DNA of 64,000 nucleotides from Lingula anatina (GCA_051362555.1 CM120648.1:20146587-20210586), one strand, 5' to 3'. Shown: positions 14,501 through 29,500, counted from the first letter of the stretch. Notes: generated by a model from the sequence alone, not told the origin. Made by a program: numbers and translations.

Positions 14501-17500
14501 ATCTCACCCTCCGTGGGGTAAGTATTCGGATCACAGTAGATTGCCGTGAATCCATCAATCCTTACTGGTTCCACCGTGGGAACAGCCGCCTGGATCTCTC
14601 TCAAACCAGCACTGGCGTCCAGGGATAGTTTGGCTCGAGTCCGGTCAATGTGACAGTGGGAATCGTATCCCGCTGGAGACTGAGGCAGCATCTGCAGCTC
14701 CTCAGGCGATGGGCTGAACAGGGAACGGAACTCCTCCTGCCCCTGGATCAAGGTCATCAGATCCAGTAACACTTCCCATCTTAGCAACTGGGGTATACGG
14801 CTGGACGTTCCAAGCCGCATGTGCGCCCTAAGGGCCTCTATGCCCACCTGATCAACAGGGCCACCCCTGTCCTCTACACTGGCAGCATCCAGTAGAATCT
14901 CTAGGGTCAGGTGAGACCCCACAATCCTCTTCTTCAGGTAATGAAGAGCTGCCACTCTCCGCTCTGTGATCCCTGGTGCGGAACTCAGTTCCGGATGAAA
15001 AATAAGGGGCAGATGCTCCTTAAAAGCATGCTCCTCTGACATTGGCTGACCGCAGCCTGCCAAACAATACCGAGGCCGTGCCTCACAGGGGTGTTCTACT
15101 CTTTTCCACGCAGACTGCCCCTGGGGTGTACTTCCTTGTCTCCTGTGTGGAGAGCAGGAACTATCGCTTCCGTGTCGGCACCGTGGCCGTTTAGCGGGAG
15201 GGCGAGTGGGCCTACCCCCTCTCTTAGAATATCCTTTAGCTGCGGGAGGAGCCATCAGTGCAGCTCGGTAACTCCCTGGAGCTTCGCTAGGGCACCGTGA
15301 CCCTCCAGCCCGTTCCTGTGGTCTCGGGTTCCGTGAACCCGTTAATGGGTGTGGCGGGGGCCCCTTTGGTCTAGCACCCCTTTGTGCACCCCCTCCTCTA
15401 ACAGGACTACGCCCACGAGATTCCCTCCGCCTGGGCTCCTTAACTTGCCATTGGTACTCCGGGCCCTCCGATCCCGACCCGTGGTCAGTGGACTCAGAGA
15501 CCCGTGCCCCTGAACCCTCCGTCACTGCTACAGAGTCTCCTGACTCTGACTCCATACGCTCCGGAGGCCGTGCTCCGGACTCAAGGCTTTCCAAGCCTGG
15601 CTCTACACACATAGGCTCCGTGGCCCTTGATTCTGACTCACCACCGGTTCCCAACTCACCTGAACTGGTCACCGGCGGCACTTCTTGGGGAACCCGTGAT
15701 TCCCCCGGTTGCTCCTGTGCTTCAGAGCTCCGTGGCTCTGTCTGCTCGCTCCACAGCCCAGAGTCCTTAAACTCTGCCTGTGCCTCTGAGGGTGGAGTAT
15801 CCAACACCCGCTCGTCAGCTGGGCTGTCACCCCCTGCCTGTCCCTCCAGGACGGCCTCATCCACCTCCATTGATTGACTCACATATGACGTGTGCTGGAC
15901 AATAGTTGGGTCCGTGCCCAATCTTATATCACGAGCGGGCCCCGTGGGCTCAGCTCGGACAGCCTGCCTGCCAGATGGAACCTGTGCCACGTTGTCACAG
16001 ATCCATGCATGGGGGCGGAATTGCACCGCTAGCAGACCTTGTGCTAGCTTTTTCCTCCACTTTTCCATAGCTTTGTGCCGTGCCAAAGCTACTTGTCGCA
16101 GTACTAAACTGCTGGCTTGCCCCAGGCAGTCCTTAGGCGCCATCGCCACTCGATCGACCAACTCATCCATCTTCTGAATTGGCCAGATCCGTCCCTCTGC
16201 CGTGCAGATCTCTATATCCACCACCAAATCTTTCCACTTTCTGCTATCCATCTGGAAATAGAATGGAACAATTAAGTACACATTCCACCTCATAGCTCTT
16301 AAGCTCTGCGGATACAGTCTTGACATTTATACTTGTTAATGCTTAAAAGGACACAAAAGAGGATTTTCGCGCCAAAATTGATTTATCCTGATTTATCCCG
16401 AGGTTAACACTACTTTTCCGCGATTTACCAACCTTTAATCTATCATTCCCGGCACTCGCCATCGCTCTGTAACATTTTTGGAAAATACAATAAAAAGAAA
16501 ACCTCCGCTTAAGCGGAGGTTTACCAACAACCACCTCCATTTTCATAATTGAGCTCTCTAGACTTCCGGATCTCGCGAGATTCTCGTATTGCGACCTAGT
16601 TAAAACCAGTTCAAGCTGCCGGGAAAGGACAACGTGAAACAGGAGACTCAGTTATGCTGGGAGTCCTTCGAAGAAGCGAAGACAGATAACAAAAAGAAAA
16701 AAGAAACAGCCTTTACAAAAAACATGCGTAAAACAGTGTATCAGCAAATGTACGACAGGCAAACAATAAACACCGGCGAGGAAGAAGGCAGATGAAAACC
16801 TGCTTGGGTGGCCATGGATACGAAGAATGGCCTGGCCGCGAAGTATTTACTGGATTTGTGAGTACCATTTACAATAATCTTTGAGATAAGACACCAGTGA
16901 AAATATTTATTAAGCACAGAGATTTATGTTTATTTACGTGTGTTCGTTGTATATCTTGTCAGGCTCGTCTGTCAAATTATGCCATGAAATTGTAACTAAT
17001 ATGAGTGGTATCGATGACAGAAATGGCCGGACAGAAATTGCAAGTGTTGCTCATATGTCGACTCTGACAGGGTTTGGGTTAGTTTATAGAGCAAAGAAAG
17101 TTTAAATAAAAACGGACATGGTGGGAGATACTAGTCTCATTACATATACATTACAATGACCAGGGCAAATTTTTGACTTTCCGAGGGCACATTTCTTGTG
17201 CCTCTTACATCTAGGCATACCACAGTAATTAAGACATATGACAAAGATGCTATTTCTTTAGGCATCTAAATCCCAAAATGAATGTGCAGAAGCTGTTATT
17301 GTATCTAAGTTTAACCCAATGTTAAATGGCATGTCAACTATAAGTGAAAATAAATAGTAGTATTTTGATTTTATATTTTAAAGACAATTTGTCTCCTTTT
17401 TACATTAAAAATAAATAAATCAGAAAGGGGATATTGCATGTTTATGTTTGGTACATCTCTCTAATGTATTAAATAGTCCAGAGTAATAATTTAGATCATA

Positions 17501-20500
17501 CAATTTTAACTTCCAACCAGTATTTCGGAGATTAAACCAATATGAAGTGATCAAGAAACTTCAAAATTAAGTTGTAGTTAATACTAGTGCAGTTGAAGAT
17601 GACAGTCTAGATAATTTAAGGTGATCATATTGAGAAAAATGGCATTTATACTTATTTCAGTTGAGTTTTATACTTATTTCAGTTATGTTTTTACATAATT
17701 TTTCTCAAACTCGATTATCTTATTTTATGTACTGTTGCTTTTTTTTTTTTTTTTTGGTTGCAGTATCAAGGTAACTTTTTCCTATGGTATGCCTGAACTG
17801 GAAGAAGTGCAGATGGAAGAGGAGGAAGATGCTGAAGAAGAGGGAATTAAAGGATCCTGATGATCCAACATGGGACTAAAACATGTCTTTAGAGTAAGCA
17901 GAATTTTAATAAGCTGATATTCACTCCTCTTATATTAGGCATATAGGTGCATGATTTCTCTTTTATCAATTTTTTTTCCAAATTGGCGACACATAATGTA
18001 AACATAATGCAAGACTCTATTTCCTCCGTCAACTGAAACGAGCTAAGCTTTACCAAAGTATTGTGCACTCAATTCTAGAATATGCCTGCCCTGTGTGGCA
18101 TCCAGGACTAACTATAGAGCAATGCAAACTCTAAGAGACTGACCAAACTCGTGCTTTGAAGATTATTTTCCCTGACCTATACTATGATGAAACCCTGAAC
18201 CTGGCATATGTGTACTTTAGATAAACGAAGAGATCTGTGCAAAACTTTCTTTTACAAAATAACTGAATCCTCTGACAAACTGAATCACATCTTTATTGAT
18301 CAATCCAATCGTCTTTTAAGATCAAACAATAGTAACAAAGTGCCACAATTTAAGGCCGACAGATTCTGATGCTCTTTTATTCCGTATGCACTAGTGTTAT
18401 GTTGTCTTTTATCCTAAGTACAATAATTTTAAAGTTCAATTAGCAGTCTTTTAACTCAGTTTTATTCAAGCAAATATTCACTTTATTTTCATTATAATTT
18501 TCTTAACACTATGTACAACTTCAACCCACTGGGTTGCAATCTTAATAAATTATTATTATTATTATTATTATTTTGATTTGCTTTTTTAGACCTAAAGGTT
18601 ATGAGCAACTGCCAGTATGATGTCCTGAAGAAGAGTTTTTTACATGGAAGAGGAACTCCATGGCTCTCCACCAAAAAAAGATGAACTTTTCTTGAGGGTC
18701 CAAAGCGGGGACGAGTTGGATAGTGAGAGACTTTTCCTGACTTTCGAGTGCTGCTTACAGGAAATATTCAGTGAACTCATCTTGCCAATGTGACAAAGCA
18801 TAATCTGCTGACTTCAAACCATCTAGCTCTTACATGTATACTATAATGCAGACAGATTGGAAATCAAGGTGGTCTTTCCTCCCAAACCTAAGTCATATGC
18901 CTGATATTGAGAATAAACCATTTTGGTCCAGCATTTACTTCTTAAATCTAAATGACATCAAATGTATTATGGAATATGGTACTGATGGCATATTGTGATT
19001 TCAACTTGATTTTAAACCGGTGTGTTGTTAGATTTTGTAAGATCACCAGTTGCAGTTTTGTGACTTTGTTACAGCATAAAATTCTGTATTTGGCAAATGA
19101 CTGCATGTCATTTCTTTTAAGACCTACAAAAATCGTTTGAGTGAACACTTGTGCCTGTATTCAATTCTCCACTCAGCCATTATTTAGAATTCATGCAGGG
19201 AAGCTATGCCTGTATTTTTTAAAGAAATATTTATACCTTTCTATTTATTCCCTGCACATCTTGGAAAAGTATGTGTGAATTTCTTACTGATGAAACAATT
19301 TATGTTTGTGTAAGTTGGGTTGGTCCTTTCTTATGACACATCCCTTTGCATGGAGACAGCTCACATGAGTCAATACACTGACAGAGAGGGGGATAATTTG
19401 TTGATCTGCAATCCTCATGGGTCTGCATGTACATCAGACTCTTAACATGATAGCCTGGCTATTAATAAGTCTCTCTCAAAAATGTTATCATACTATAATG
19501 TGTACTGCACAATGTGAAAGTTTGTGAATGCTTGAATAGAAGGCTTATTTATGAAGATGGCATTAATGAGTATGAAAATAATTATGCATTCTAGCTTACA
19601 GAATCTGTGTATGTCTTATTCATTACATGTGACAGGTAATAATAAAGATGATTTGGCCAAATTCCAAACTTATGTAGCAAACTTTGTTTATTCTTGTATT
19701 TTTGCCAAATATAAATAAAAGATGTTTCAATATTTAAACTTTTATTTCATTCATAATCTCTACCCAGTTAATGCTTCATTGATACTGCAGCTTATGCTTT
19801 GTACATAACAATATGTTAATTAATAATAACAGTTGGATAGTACATGTTAATTTACTAAAGGGCTAGTTCTTAGAAAAACATGTTCGACATTAAAATATAT
19901 TCTAAAAAAGTTTTCAAGTATTGCATTAGAATTGAATCTTTGGATGTATTTGACAAATTATAAAATTATTGAAGAGTTGACAATGCACAGAAAATAAAGG
20001 CCTTGAGGCTCTCGCTGATCTCAGTCTTGTCACTTTAAATACATGTACATGGGCATTATAATATAAAACTGTTCACTCGGTTTTGGTAAAAGGTGGTGGA
20101 TCATGTGGTCATCGCTGCAAATTTTTTGTAGCAGTCTTTTACACAACTTGTCACACCGACATTGAAGTGATGCAGTATTGTAAGATTGGAGTGCTTCCTG
20201 GTATGAGTTTTCCAGACATAACTTGAGGCACTGTAATAGTAAAATTACATAAAATGGTTATAAAGAAAAAAATGTATTGATATTATCATAACAGCACTAT
20301 TCTTTAACAAAAATCAACAAATTAGAGGGCATGATCACTACATGATAACCAGCTTATTATAAAGAAGCAAGTCTGATTATGGCAAAAAAAAAAAAAAAAA
20401 AAAAATTAAATTTAAATATCTGCAGCTGCATTAAATCATAAAGGCCACAAGAAGAAATAACATAATCACACATGGTTTCAAAGAACTGATGTAAAAAAAT

Positions 20501-23500
20501 CACACTAATATTCCCCACTTGGAATTAGAATTTTGACTAGCTAATTTACTACAGTAAATGGCACTGTTCACCCTCTAAAATACCAAAGTTTTAAGCAGGC
20601 CCAGGACCCCACGCCAACTAGGGGGGGGGGGGGGTCGGCTTTGCATCCGCGGACCCCCCCCCCCTTTCAAATAATCCTGGATCCGCCCATGTTATACTGC
20701 TAAAATTATTAACATACCTGATCTCTTCACTCGTGCTTGAAGGGGTGTATCACCCAATTCCTCCTCTGAAAGGCTAAAAAATCATTCCTTATAATCATAT
20801 TCATTGACAATATTATTAAATTTACAAATAAGCTAACGTAGTTACGTGCCGTACAAAGAACACCCTCTAACCCCACTAGTACTCGAGTTACATTGTATAT
20901 CTCATGGGATTCCCCTGCGAGAATATGGTGTGAGGTTAGTCTGTAAGTACTGGTAGATGACCACATTGAGCAGAAAAGGGTATTCCTCCTGCTTTACAGA
21001 ACTATACACCTCAGGGGTAAAGTGCACTATCTCGCTTCATATAACTAGTAGTACGTACCCAGTGCGAGTGATTTGGCTGCGAGTGCGTTACCCGAGGAAA
21101 CGTTAATTATTAGCAGTTATCTACGCTTTTTAACTTCCTCTGCCAGACATTTTGATTTCCACTGCCATCTTCCCATTTTAAAGTACTTTTGGTAAATATA
21201 ACTCGCTTACCTGCAAAGATTCGGTGAGCAATTCCTCTTCTCCTTCACGTCCACGCTCACCTTCGAAACGACATGCTGTCTGCATTGTTTACATCTCGTA
21301 TCTGAGTCGAGAAGCCGCGTTATTTCAAACTGTGTCAAGATGGCTGACGCCCGGGGTTCGAAAGTGGACGGTGAATATGATTCTTTATTCGATATTGATT
21401 AAGGCCATTTACCTGCCATTTTATGCTTTACCCATAGCAATTGTTCTCAGATAAGTTAAAAAAGAAGCAATCCATGCACTAAAAAGGCGTTTTTAATCCT
21501 ATTTTTTGTCCCTTTAAGGCATCCGTGGCCGTCACATTAACACATGACCCGTGATACCACTCCCCGCAGTAATCACATTGCAGCATAAATCTACCCTGCC
21601 AGGGTTGACGGCAACTGCAATATACCCGGTCATCGCCCCTCGCCGTGGAGTCGGGCACTGGATTTTTCCTCCAATGTTGTATCCACTGGGGCACCTCCTT
21701 GTCTCGACAAGGCTTCAACCTGTCGTGGTTGGTCACAAAGACTGCATTCCGCACCTTAACGCGGAACAGGTTTGAACTGAGCCGTGCTACAATTAAACCT
21801 GGACCCCTCCATGGTGGGCACAATTTCTTGCACTTCCCCTTGGCTGCCGCGGTATCCAGCACATACACCGTATCTCCCACAGCATACGGTCGCTCGAGTA
21901 TCCTTAGATCGTAGTCCCTCTTCATTCTTTTAGAGGCGACTCTCAGTTTACCCCGAGCCGTCTCGTGGGCTTCCATCAGATCAGTTGCCAACCGTGCGGC
22001 ATAGCTGTCTGAATCTTCAAAATTGATGCTCCTCCGTGGGAACATTAAACCTGCAGGTGCGTTCACCTCCCTCCCCAACATTAACCTGTTGGGAGTGTAC
22101 CCCGTCATCCGGTTTACAGATGCCCTAAGTGCCCCGGCAATCTGTTGTAGACGCAAGTCCCAGCCGTTCTGGGCCTTCTCCGTGAAGCAGCGTACCGCAT
22201 CCATGAGAGTGCGGTTATAGCGCTCTACCTGGCCATTGCTGGCCGGCCGGTACGGCGTAGTACGGGCCTTGTGAATCTCGAGCACAGAACACACTTCAGT
22301 GAACAGCTTAGATTCAAAATTCCTCCCCTGGTCCGTGAAAATCTCCAAAGGGACTCCAAACCTGGAGAAAAATTGATCTATCGCGGCCCGTGCCGTCTCC
22401 TCCGCTGACTGTGATGGTAAGGGGATACATTCGACCCATTTCGTAAATTGGTCGACCATCATGAGTATGTACTCATTCCCCCTGGCAGTCTTCGGCAACG
22501 GTCCCAAGAAATCTAAGTGCACCCTCTCCATAGGCGCACCTGCCTGGAATTGTGTCAGAGGCACTTTTCCCTGCCTTGCAGATTTCTTATTCTGGTTACA
22601 CCGTGTGCACCCAGAAACGAAGTTTTCTGTCGCTCTTCCCATCCCGTACCAATAGAATCGCTCCTTGAGCCGATCCTTGGTTCTTTTCGCTCCCTGATGG
22701 CCTGATGATGGCAGGCAATGATGTAGTCGAATGGCTTCCTGTTGCCATGCCATAGGTAGCACTAACTCTTTATCCTCAGTCTCAGGATCACACCTGTATA
22801 ACAGACCCTCTATGATGATAAACAAATCCCTATCCAGCCAATAGGATTTTAAGGCCTGGCTGCCTAGGAATAAGATAGACTGATCAGGTAGCTTACCACC
22901 TTCCAAGCTCTCCCTGATCACACTCAGGTCTGCATCCGCCTCTTGTGCTGCACGGACCTCCTCCACCGAATAACCCCAACTGGTGAGTCGTGAAGACCCG
23001 TGGTCCTTCACCTTGACCTCACCCTCTGCTTTTCCCTCTTGAAGTGTGGATTCCTTATCACACTCCACCGTGGGAGGTTCATCCTCAGGAGTTATCGGCG
23101 CGTCGCCTGTATCTTTAGGCCCGTGGCCACGTGCACGTCTCCGAGTAGTAACTGGAGCTACTCGAGGTGTTTCCCCTTGACCCCAGGGAATCTGATCTAA
23201 TACCGTCTGTAAGACCTGGAACTCTAGCGTATCCGTGATACACTCTTCCTCTCTGCATACCCCACCGAACACCGTGTGTTCAGAGTACACATTCACTGGA
23301 TCCACCGTTACTGAGCGAACCGTCTTGCCATTGTTGTTTTGCTGACCTTCTGAAATTTCAACGCTGTGGATATCCTCCGTATCCCGGTACGCACCCTGTG
23401 CTAGCGGAATAACATCATCCACTTCCTCCTCGAAACCCACCCAATTCTCGTGGGCCCGCCTGCAATACCCGCATCCACCACATGGTAGAGCATCCAGCCG

Positions 23501-26500
23501 CCCCCTGGTGCCTGCTTTGCACTGCCCCGTGTGAGTCGCTCTAGACAGCGCGTCCGCATTCCCATGTTTGCGCCCAGCGCGATGAGACAACACCATGTCG
23601 TACTGTGAGAGCTCTTCCAGCCATCTCGCCAGCTGACCCTGCGGCTCCCGAAATTTCATCAGCCATCTTAAACTCGAATGGTCAGTCCTAATAGTAAATG
23701 GTTTCCCCAATAAATAGTACCTGAACTGTCGGGTGAATCGTACCACCGCCAAGAGTTCCTTGCGTGTCGTACAATACCTCCTCTGTTCCCTGGTTAATCC
23801 ATAGCTACCGTAAGCTATCACTTTCTCCTGGCCATCTTGTACTTGAATAAGCTCTGCTCCTATAGCAAAGTCACTTGCGTCTGTATCTAAAATGAACTCT
23901 CCGTCCACCGTGGGAACAGAAAGAACTGGGGGAGATGTTAATGCCCCCTTCAATGCCGTAAAAGCCCGTGCTTGTTCCTCACCCCACTCGTAACTCTTTC
24001 CAGTTACAGCGTACAGGGGTGCCGCTATCTCACTGAAGTTTTTAATAAAGGCTCGATGGTAATTAGCCAAGCCCATGAATTTCTCCACATCTTTGGCACA
24101 TGTTGGTGTAGGCCATTCCGTGACAGCCTTTATGTCATGATCAGACATGGAGAGCGTCTCCCCTGTCACTATCCGTCCGAGAAATTCAACCTCCTTCTTA
24201 AAGAAGGTGCATTTCTTTGGCTTAAGCTTCAGCTCGTAGCTGCGGAACCTTTCAAGGGCGTCCCTTAGGTTCTGTAAATGCACATCAAAAGTAGTACCGA
24301 GTACCACTATGTCATCTAGAAATGCCAGCACAGTTTTCCAGGACATTCCACGGAAAACTAAGTTCATTATCCGAGCATAGGTCGCGGGCGCCCCGCACAG
24401 ACCAAATGCCATACGCACATGCTCATAGAGACCATATTTCGTAATGAAAGCTGTCTTTTTCCGATCCTCTTCACGTATGGGCACCTGCCAATACGCAGAG
24501 TTGGCGTCCAACTTAGAAAAATACACATTACCCGACAAGGTATCCAAACAGTCATCGACTAAGGGTAATGGGAACACGTCCTTAGTGGTCACGGCATTCA
24601 ACGCACGGTAATCGATACACCACCTCACAGAGCCATCTTTCTTCCGTATTAACACTGGCGCCGACGCCCAGTCGGAAGTTGACTCCTGAATCACTCCTGC
24701 CTTCAACATCTTCTGTAGATGGGCTTCCTCCTCGCCCACAAAGCACCGTGGCGTTCGCCGCATTCTCTGCTTTATCGGAAGAGCAGTACCGGTGTCTATC
24801 TTATGCTCAACCAATGTGAAGTTTCCTAAATCAAATTCGTCTCTAGCAAACACGTCCTGATACTCCGTGAGTAATCTCGCTAGCTGAACTTTCTGCTGAT
24901 CGTCTAATTCTGCACTGGATTCCTCATACACCTGCTTTAAATGAGAAGGCACGCGTCGCGCCTCGTCATTGACCTCGTCATCGGTCCGTGCCGTGACTGA
25001 CTGCACTGCTGGTGGTATGCAGTGAATGACCTCCGCCCCAGGTGACCTGCCACCCTCCCCTTGGTTACTAGGGAAACATAACGGATCCCCCAGGGGCTCC
25101 CCAGACGTTATAATACCCGCATAGGTAAAAGCCCGCCCCACTTCAGTACCCTTACGCAGTAGTCTGTGCCTCTCACTGGGATTTATGAGGACCATGATGG
25201 GTTCAGACCCCCCATTACGAATAACCCTGGGAGCAAGGAACTTACCAATACCCCCCACCTTTGGCTCTATTACATAACTAGGAAGATCTACATCTAACTT
25301 ACAGGCCACCCTGGCAGCGGAGTAAGGGGGTATCACCTGGCGCCGTGCGACAGTGACCCTGGCCATCTGAGGTGTTCCCTTATCTGAATTAGCGTCTAAT
25401 GTCAGATACATGCCGTCAAACTGCATCACTCCTCTGCCGACATCCACTACTGCCTGTCCTAAGTCCTTCATAATGTCCATTCCCAGCAACATATCCTGTT
25501 CAATGGGGGCTACGTATAGCCTCACAGCATACCACTTATGTCCAATCTTTAACTTAACGGGGCCTGCCGTGAACCCCTGCTTCACCATTTCCCGACCAGC
25601 GGCTAAAAGCTGTACTGAATTCAACCTCTTAGGTTGTTTCTTAAGACTGTTGTAAATGCGGTCTGAAAGTATCGTAACTTGAGCCGCTGTATCCACTACA
25701 GCATTCACAGCAATGTTTCCCACTTTCATCTGAAGTGAATAATCCGCCACTGTTCCGATTTGTCGCACCACTACCATGGGAGCAGGAACCGTGCCCTGTA
25801 TTCCCCATGTGGTAGCCTCATCTGCCCTAGTTGGTGATTCAACGTGACCCGTATCACGGTTGGGCTTGTCTTGGACTAGTGCTGCCCCCTGTCGAGTAAA
25901 TTCTGATTGCACACCCTGTACCTCCGTGGGTACAGTGCACTTAATATCCGAAACTGCTGACTCCTCTGGTACCCTGAGTTTCTTAATGGGCTTATTTATA
26001 ACATCTGGGCCTATGAATCGCCGGATCGAGGGTTGGCCTCCGGCCTCGACCCGGTGGAGTTTCCCACCTGCGGGCACTCCCTTGCAATGTGCCCTTGCCG
26101 ATTGCACTTATAACACAGCACCGAGCTTCCAGTGCTGCCCCGTCCCCAGCCCCGCTGGTTTCCGGGTGCGGCTCCGTGGCCGTAACCGGTAGATGACCTC
26201 CTACTCAGCTCCTGGCGGACATCTTTCAATGCCTTCTCCATTTCCTTGATGGTATCCCTCATCTGTTCCAGCTCTGGAATGTTACCCTCTGCTGTAGGCG
26301 TCACTTGGTTGGCTCGCTTGGCTCCCGGGCGCAATTTCTTTCCCGCATTCTCCATAGTCACTCGCATTTCCCTATGCATCTTAGCCAACTGCATCGCTTC
26401 CCTTAAGGTGGCTGGCTGTCGCATATAAATTGATTGACCTGCCTCTGAATCAATCATGCCCGCGAAGAACCGACTTACAGCCTCTGACTCCACGAATGTC

Positions 26501-29500
26501 CTAGGTAACTGAGCATACGCTTCAGAAGTCAGACGTAGCACCCTGACTCCCCATTCATCCACCGTTTCCGTCTCGCCTTGAGTAGCGTTATGTAGCTGCG
26601 ACCGGACCGTAGCCGGTGTGTCCGTTTCTCCGTAACAGGTCTCCAATTCCTCCATGAGACCTTCATATGAGAGCTTACCTAGCCTGCGTGTGACGTTCAC
26701 ACAACAATCTAGGGCTTTACCCTTCAGGCAGAGGCATAGTGCATCCAGGGACATGTCGCGATCCCAATCCTCCCTCTCTGCCTGTCGTAAGAAAAGCAAC
26801 TTAAAAGCAGCCCAACTTCCGTGTCCGTTAAAAGTTAAGCTCTTAGGAGGATTGACCTTCCTCCTCTCTATTGAGTCTTGTTCTGCCCCTAGCTCCGTGA
26901 GCCGTGCAGTCCTCCTCGAGGCCGCGCCCCGTTTCAATATAGGAGAGCCCTGGAATACAGGGTGTTCGTCCTGGCTACCTCCCTCCACTGGGGTGCTATG
27001 ATACACTAAGTGCCCTGAATTCGATCCACTTCCCACCACTGGAGATCCGTGATCCCCAGGGTGTACGTCTGGAGAGCTGTGACTTCCAGGGTGTTGTACT
27101 GAGAATCCGTGATTCCCAGGGTACATGGCTGGAGAGCTGTGATTTCCAGGGTGCAGTGCTGAGAATCCGTGATCCCCAGGGTGCATGGCCGGAGAGCTGT
27201 GATTTCCAGGGTGCAGTGCTGAGAATCCGTGATTCCCAGGGTGCATGACTGGGGGACTGACACCAGGTGCCATTGGAGGGCTATGATTCCCAGGGTAACC
27301 CGAATAGCTGCCACCACCCCCCGGGCCAACAGCATACCCCTCCCCCCGGACATCCCCGGACATAGGAGTCTCCCTTACAACGCCCCCCCCTGGACTAGGT
27401 GTAAACAATTCAGGGGTGTAAACAGCCCTATCCTGACTCCCGGGACCTAATGCTACCCCACCCCCCATGGGGCTAGGTGTATACGGAACATAAGGACCCC
27501 CCTGCTGAACCCCACTATTTACATTCTTAACTACGTTTTTACCTGGGCTCCGTTTGACAAGTTGAGGCGAATTCGCTCCCTCCAGTCCACTGTCCTCGAA
27601 TAACCTCTTTGGCACCGTGGCCTCCGAGTTACGATGTGCACTCACTTGACCCTCACAGCCTCCTAGCTGCCGCGTGCCACCTCCATGAGGCGCACTTTCG
27701 CTATTGAAAGCGTTGCTCTCCTCCTGAGCAGAAAATCCGAAGAACAGTCCTAAAAGAAACCGGAAAAATCTCCATAGCCAGTTTCCAGATCCTCCTGTCT
27801 CCTGCACCTTCCTTTCCCTGAGTGAAACAGCCGTGCTGCCCACACCCAAGCGCTGATTCGGCTCAAAGTCCACCATATCCAGCGTACGAGGAGCCAGTCT
27901 GCAGCACAAAGCACTTTCCACTTGCTGCACATTTAAATTCCCAAATTGTTCCCTCAATTCGGCTATTTTGAACACTTGGTCTTCCGTGAGACCTGGAGTC
28001 CGCATTAACTCATTCACATTTGCATAATTTATGAAAATCCTGGCGTGCGTCGCCATTTTGTTTTTTCCTTGGCGCACGTGCCGCCGAAAATTCCAGAAAA
28101 CTCCTTAAAACTTGTAAGAAACTACTGTAAAAACACTCTAAAAACACTCGCCAGACCGTGCTGGGGTTTCCTCATATACAATATATACAACAATAAACAT
28201 TAAAATGGTAGGGTAGCGTGCCTGAGTGCGGAGTTCAGCTCCGTGGCTGAAAAACTCCTCAGCAGAAAAATTCGTAACTTTTCTGCCCAAATGTGGCACA
28301 AATCCGGCCCGGCTGCCACCAATATAGAAACCGGGTTGTACGTTACAACTGGCCTATGAATAAGTAAAGTGCCTACCTTTTCTGGATAGGCATCCAAGTC
28401 CTCGTTTTCTTGTTAATTCTCTCTTCACCACAACTTAGCACCATGCGCTTGAGCGCGCCATGCTCAACTCCAACGCTCTCAACTTCTAACTAACTACTAC
28501 GCATGCGCCGTGACACGCTTCCGGGTCATGCAATGACCCCTCGGCACTACAAATATAAGCAAATTTAAAAGACATACTGGTATATTTCAATTCACAGAGT
28601 TTTACTTGATTTCTGTTTCATGGTAAACATGTATGTATGTAACACACATTCAGTTTCAAGTTTTGGCATTTTAGGGGATGTTACTTGTGCCAGTTTTTTA
28701 TATTTTAGTTTTATATTCACTATGGAGATTCATGTGTGTTTACAATGAAGTTGAAGTTAACTGCCTAGCTATAATTATGTGACTTTGTAACACAACTGTG
28801 CTTCAATTTTCAAGACTTACATATTACACAGGACACTTGTAACTAAAGGTACTTTAGTAAAATCAGGAAAACTTTGCAGTCCATTATGTTGTTCATGTTG
28901 CTTTGCAAGGGGGCGTGCCAGACAATTAAGCTGATTACAACGACTGAGCCCGAGTGTGATACTCCTCTGAGATAGATTGATCCTGCTACGATAGTTTCTA
29001 TTCTGAACACAGTAAGCCTCTGTTGTTGTAAAGCATTTATTGATATTATGTATATTTTTCAGATTTTACATCCTAGGCCTGTATGTGAACCTTGACCTGG
29101 ACAATCTTACAGACAAAAATAGAAAAGTCACCTGAAATTGCACAGGCCAATTCATCAGATTCAGATGTGAGCACCAACTTTGTAATGCCTGGAACACTTC
29201 CACATAGAAGAAAAAAGGTTTACCTTTTTTTCATTTGTTTCTTTTTCTATCATGAAATTCTGGTAGCTACAATCATGCATATTTGATTTCCTTTTTTACA
29301 CTTATACAATATGTTTGATCAGAATATTATATAGTAATTGTTCTTATACAGCAATTAACATGAGGTTAAAATATGTTTAATACATTTTCTTTTGACAGCC
29401 TGTCCTGCCATCTTCAGGTAGACGCAGTAGTGGATATCCTGGCAAACCTTTATTGGACTTGGAGCCACCTTGGGACAATCCCCCATAACAAATATGCATC

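Larger units (their letters stand above)
13380..28551 (-). mobile_element. Gypsy LTR retrotransposon 1 (gag-pol-TatD), interrupted by Kolobok B
   Basis: 229-bp LTRs at 13380-13608 and 28323-28551; TSD AATA (13376-13379, 28552-28555); PBS TGGTGGCAGC; PPT AAAACGGGGGAGAG; PR-RT-RH-IN order. Confidence 0.97.

Noticed and set aside
16252-16326. Upstream starts for the TatD ORFs (16326; also 57301)
   Set aside because: These overlap the pol end and the polypyrimidine acceptor; ATGs at 16251 and 57361 fit better
16569-16583. Palindrome TCTCGCGAGA
   Set aside because: Common promoter-type motif, single occurrence, no further support
20590-20692. GGCGGATCCAGG MITE-like end with G/C runs
   Set aside because: No partner terminus or TSD found
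21479-21513. Pol C-terminus KGQKIGLKTPF
   Set aside because: Read-through into the Kolobok B terminus, not the real end
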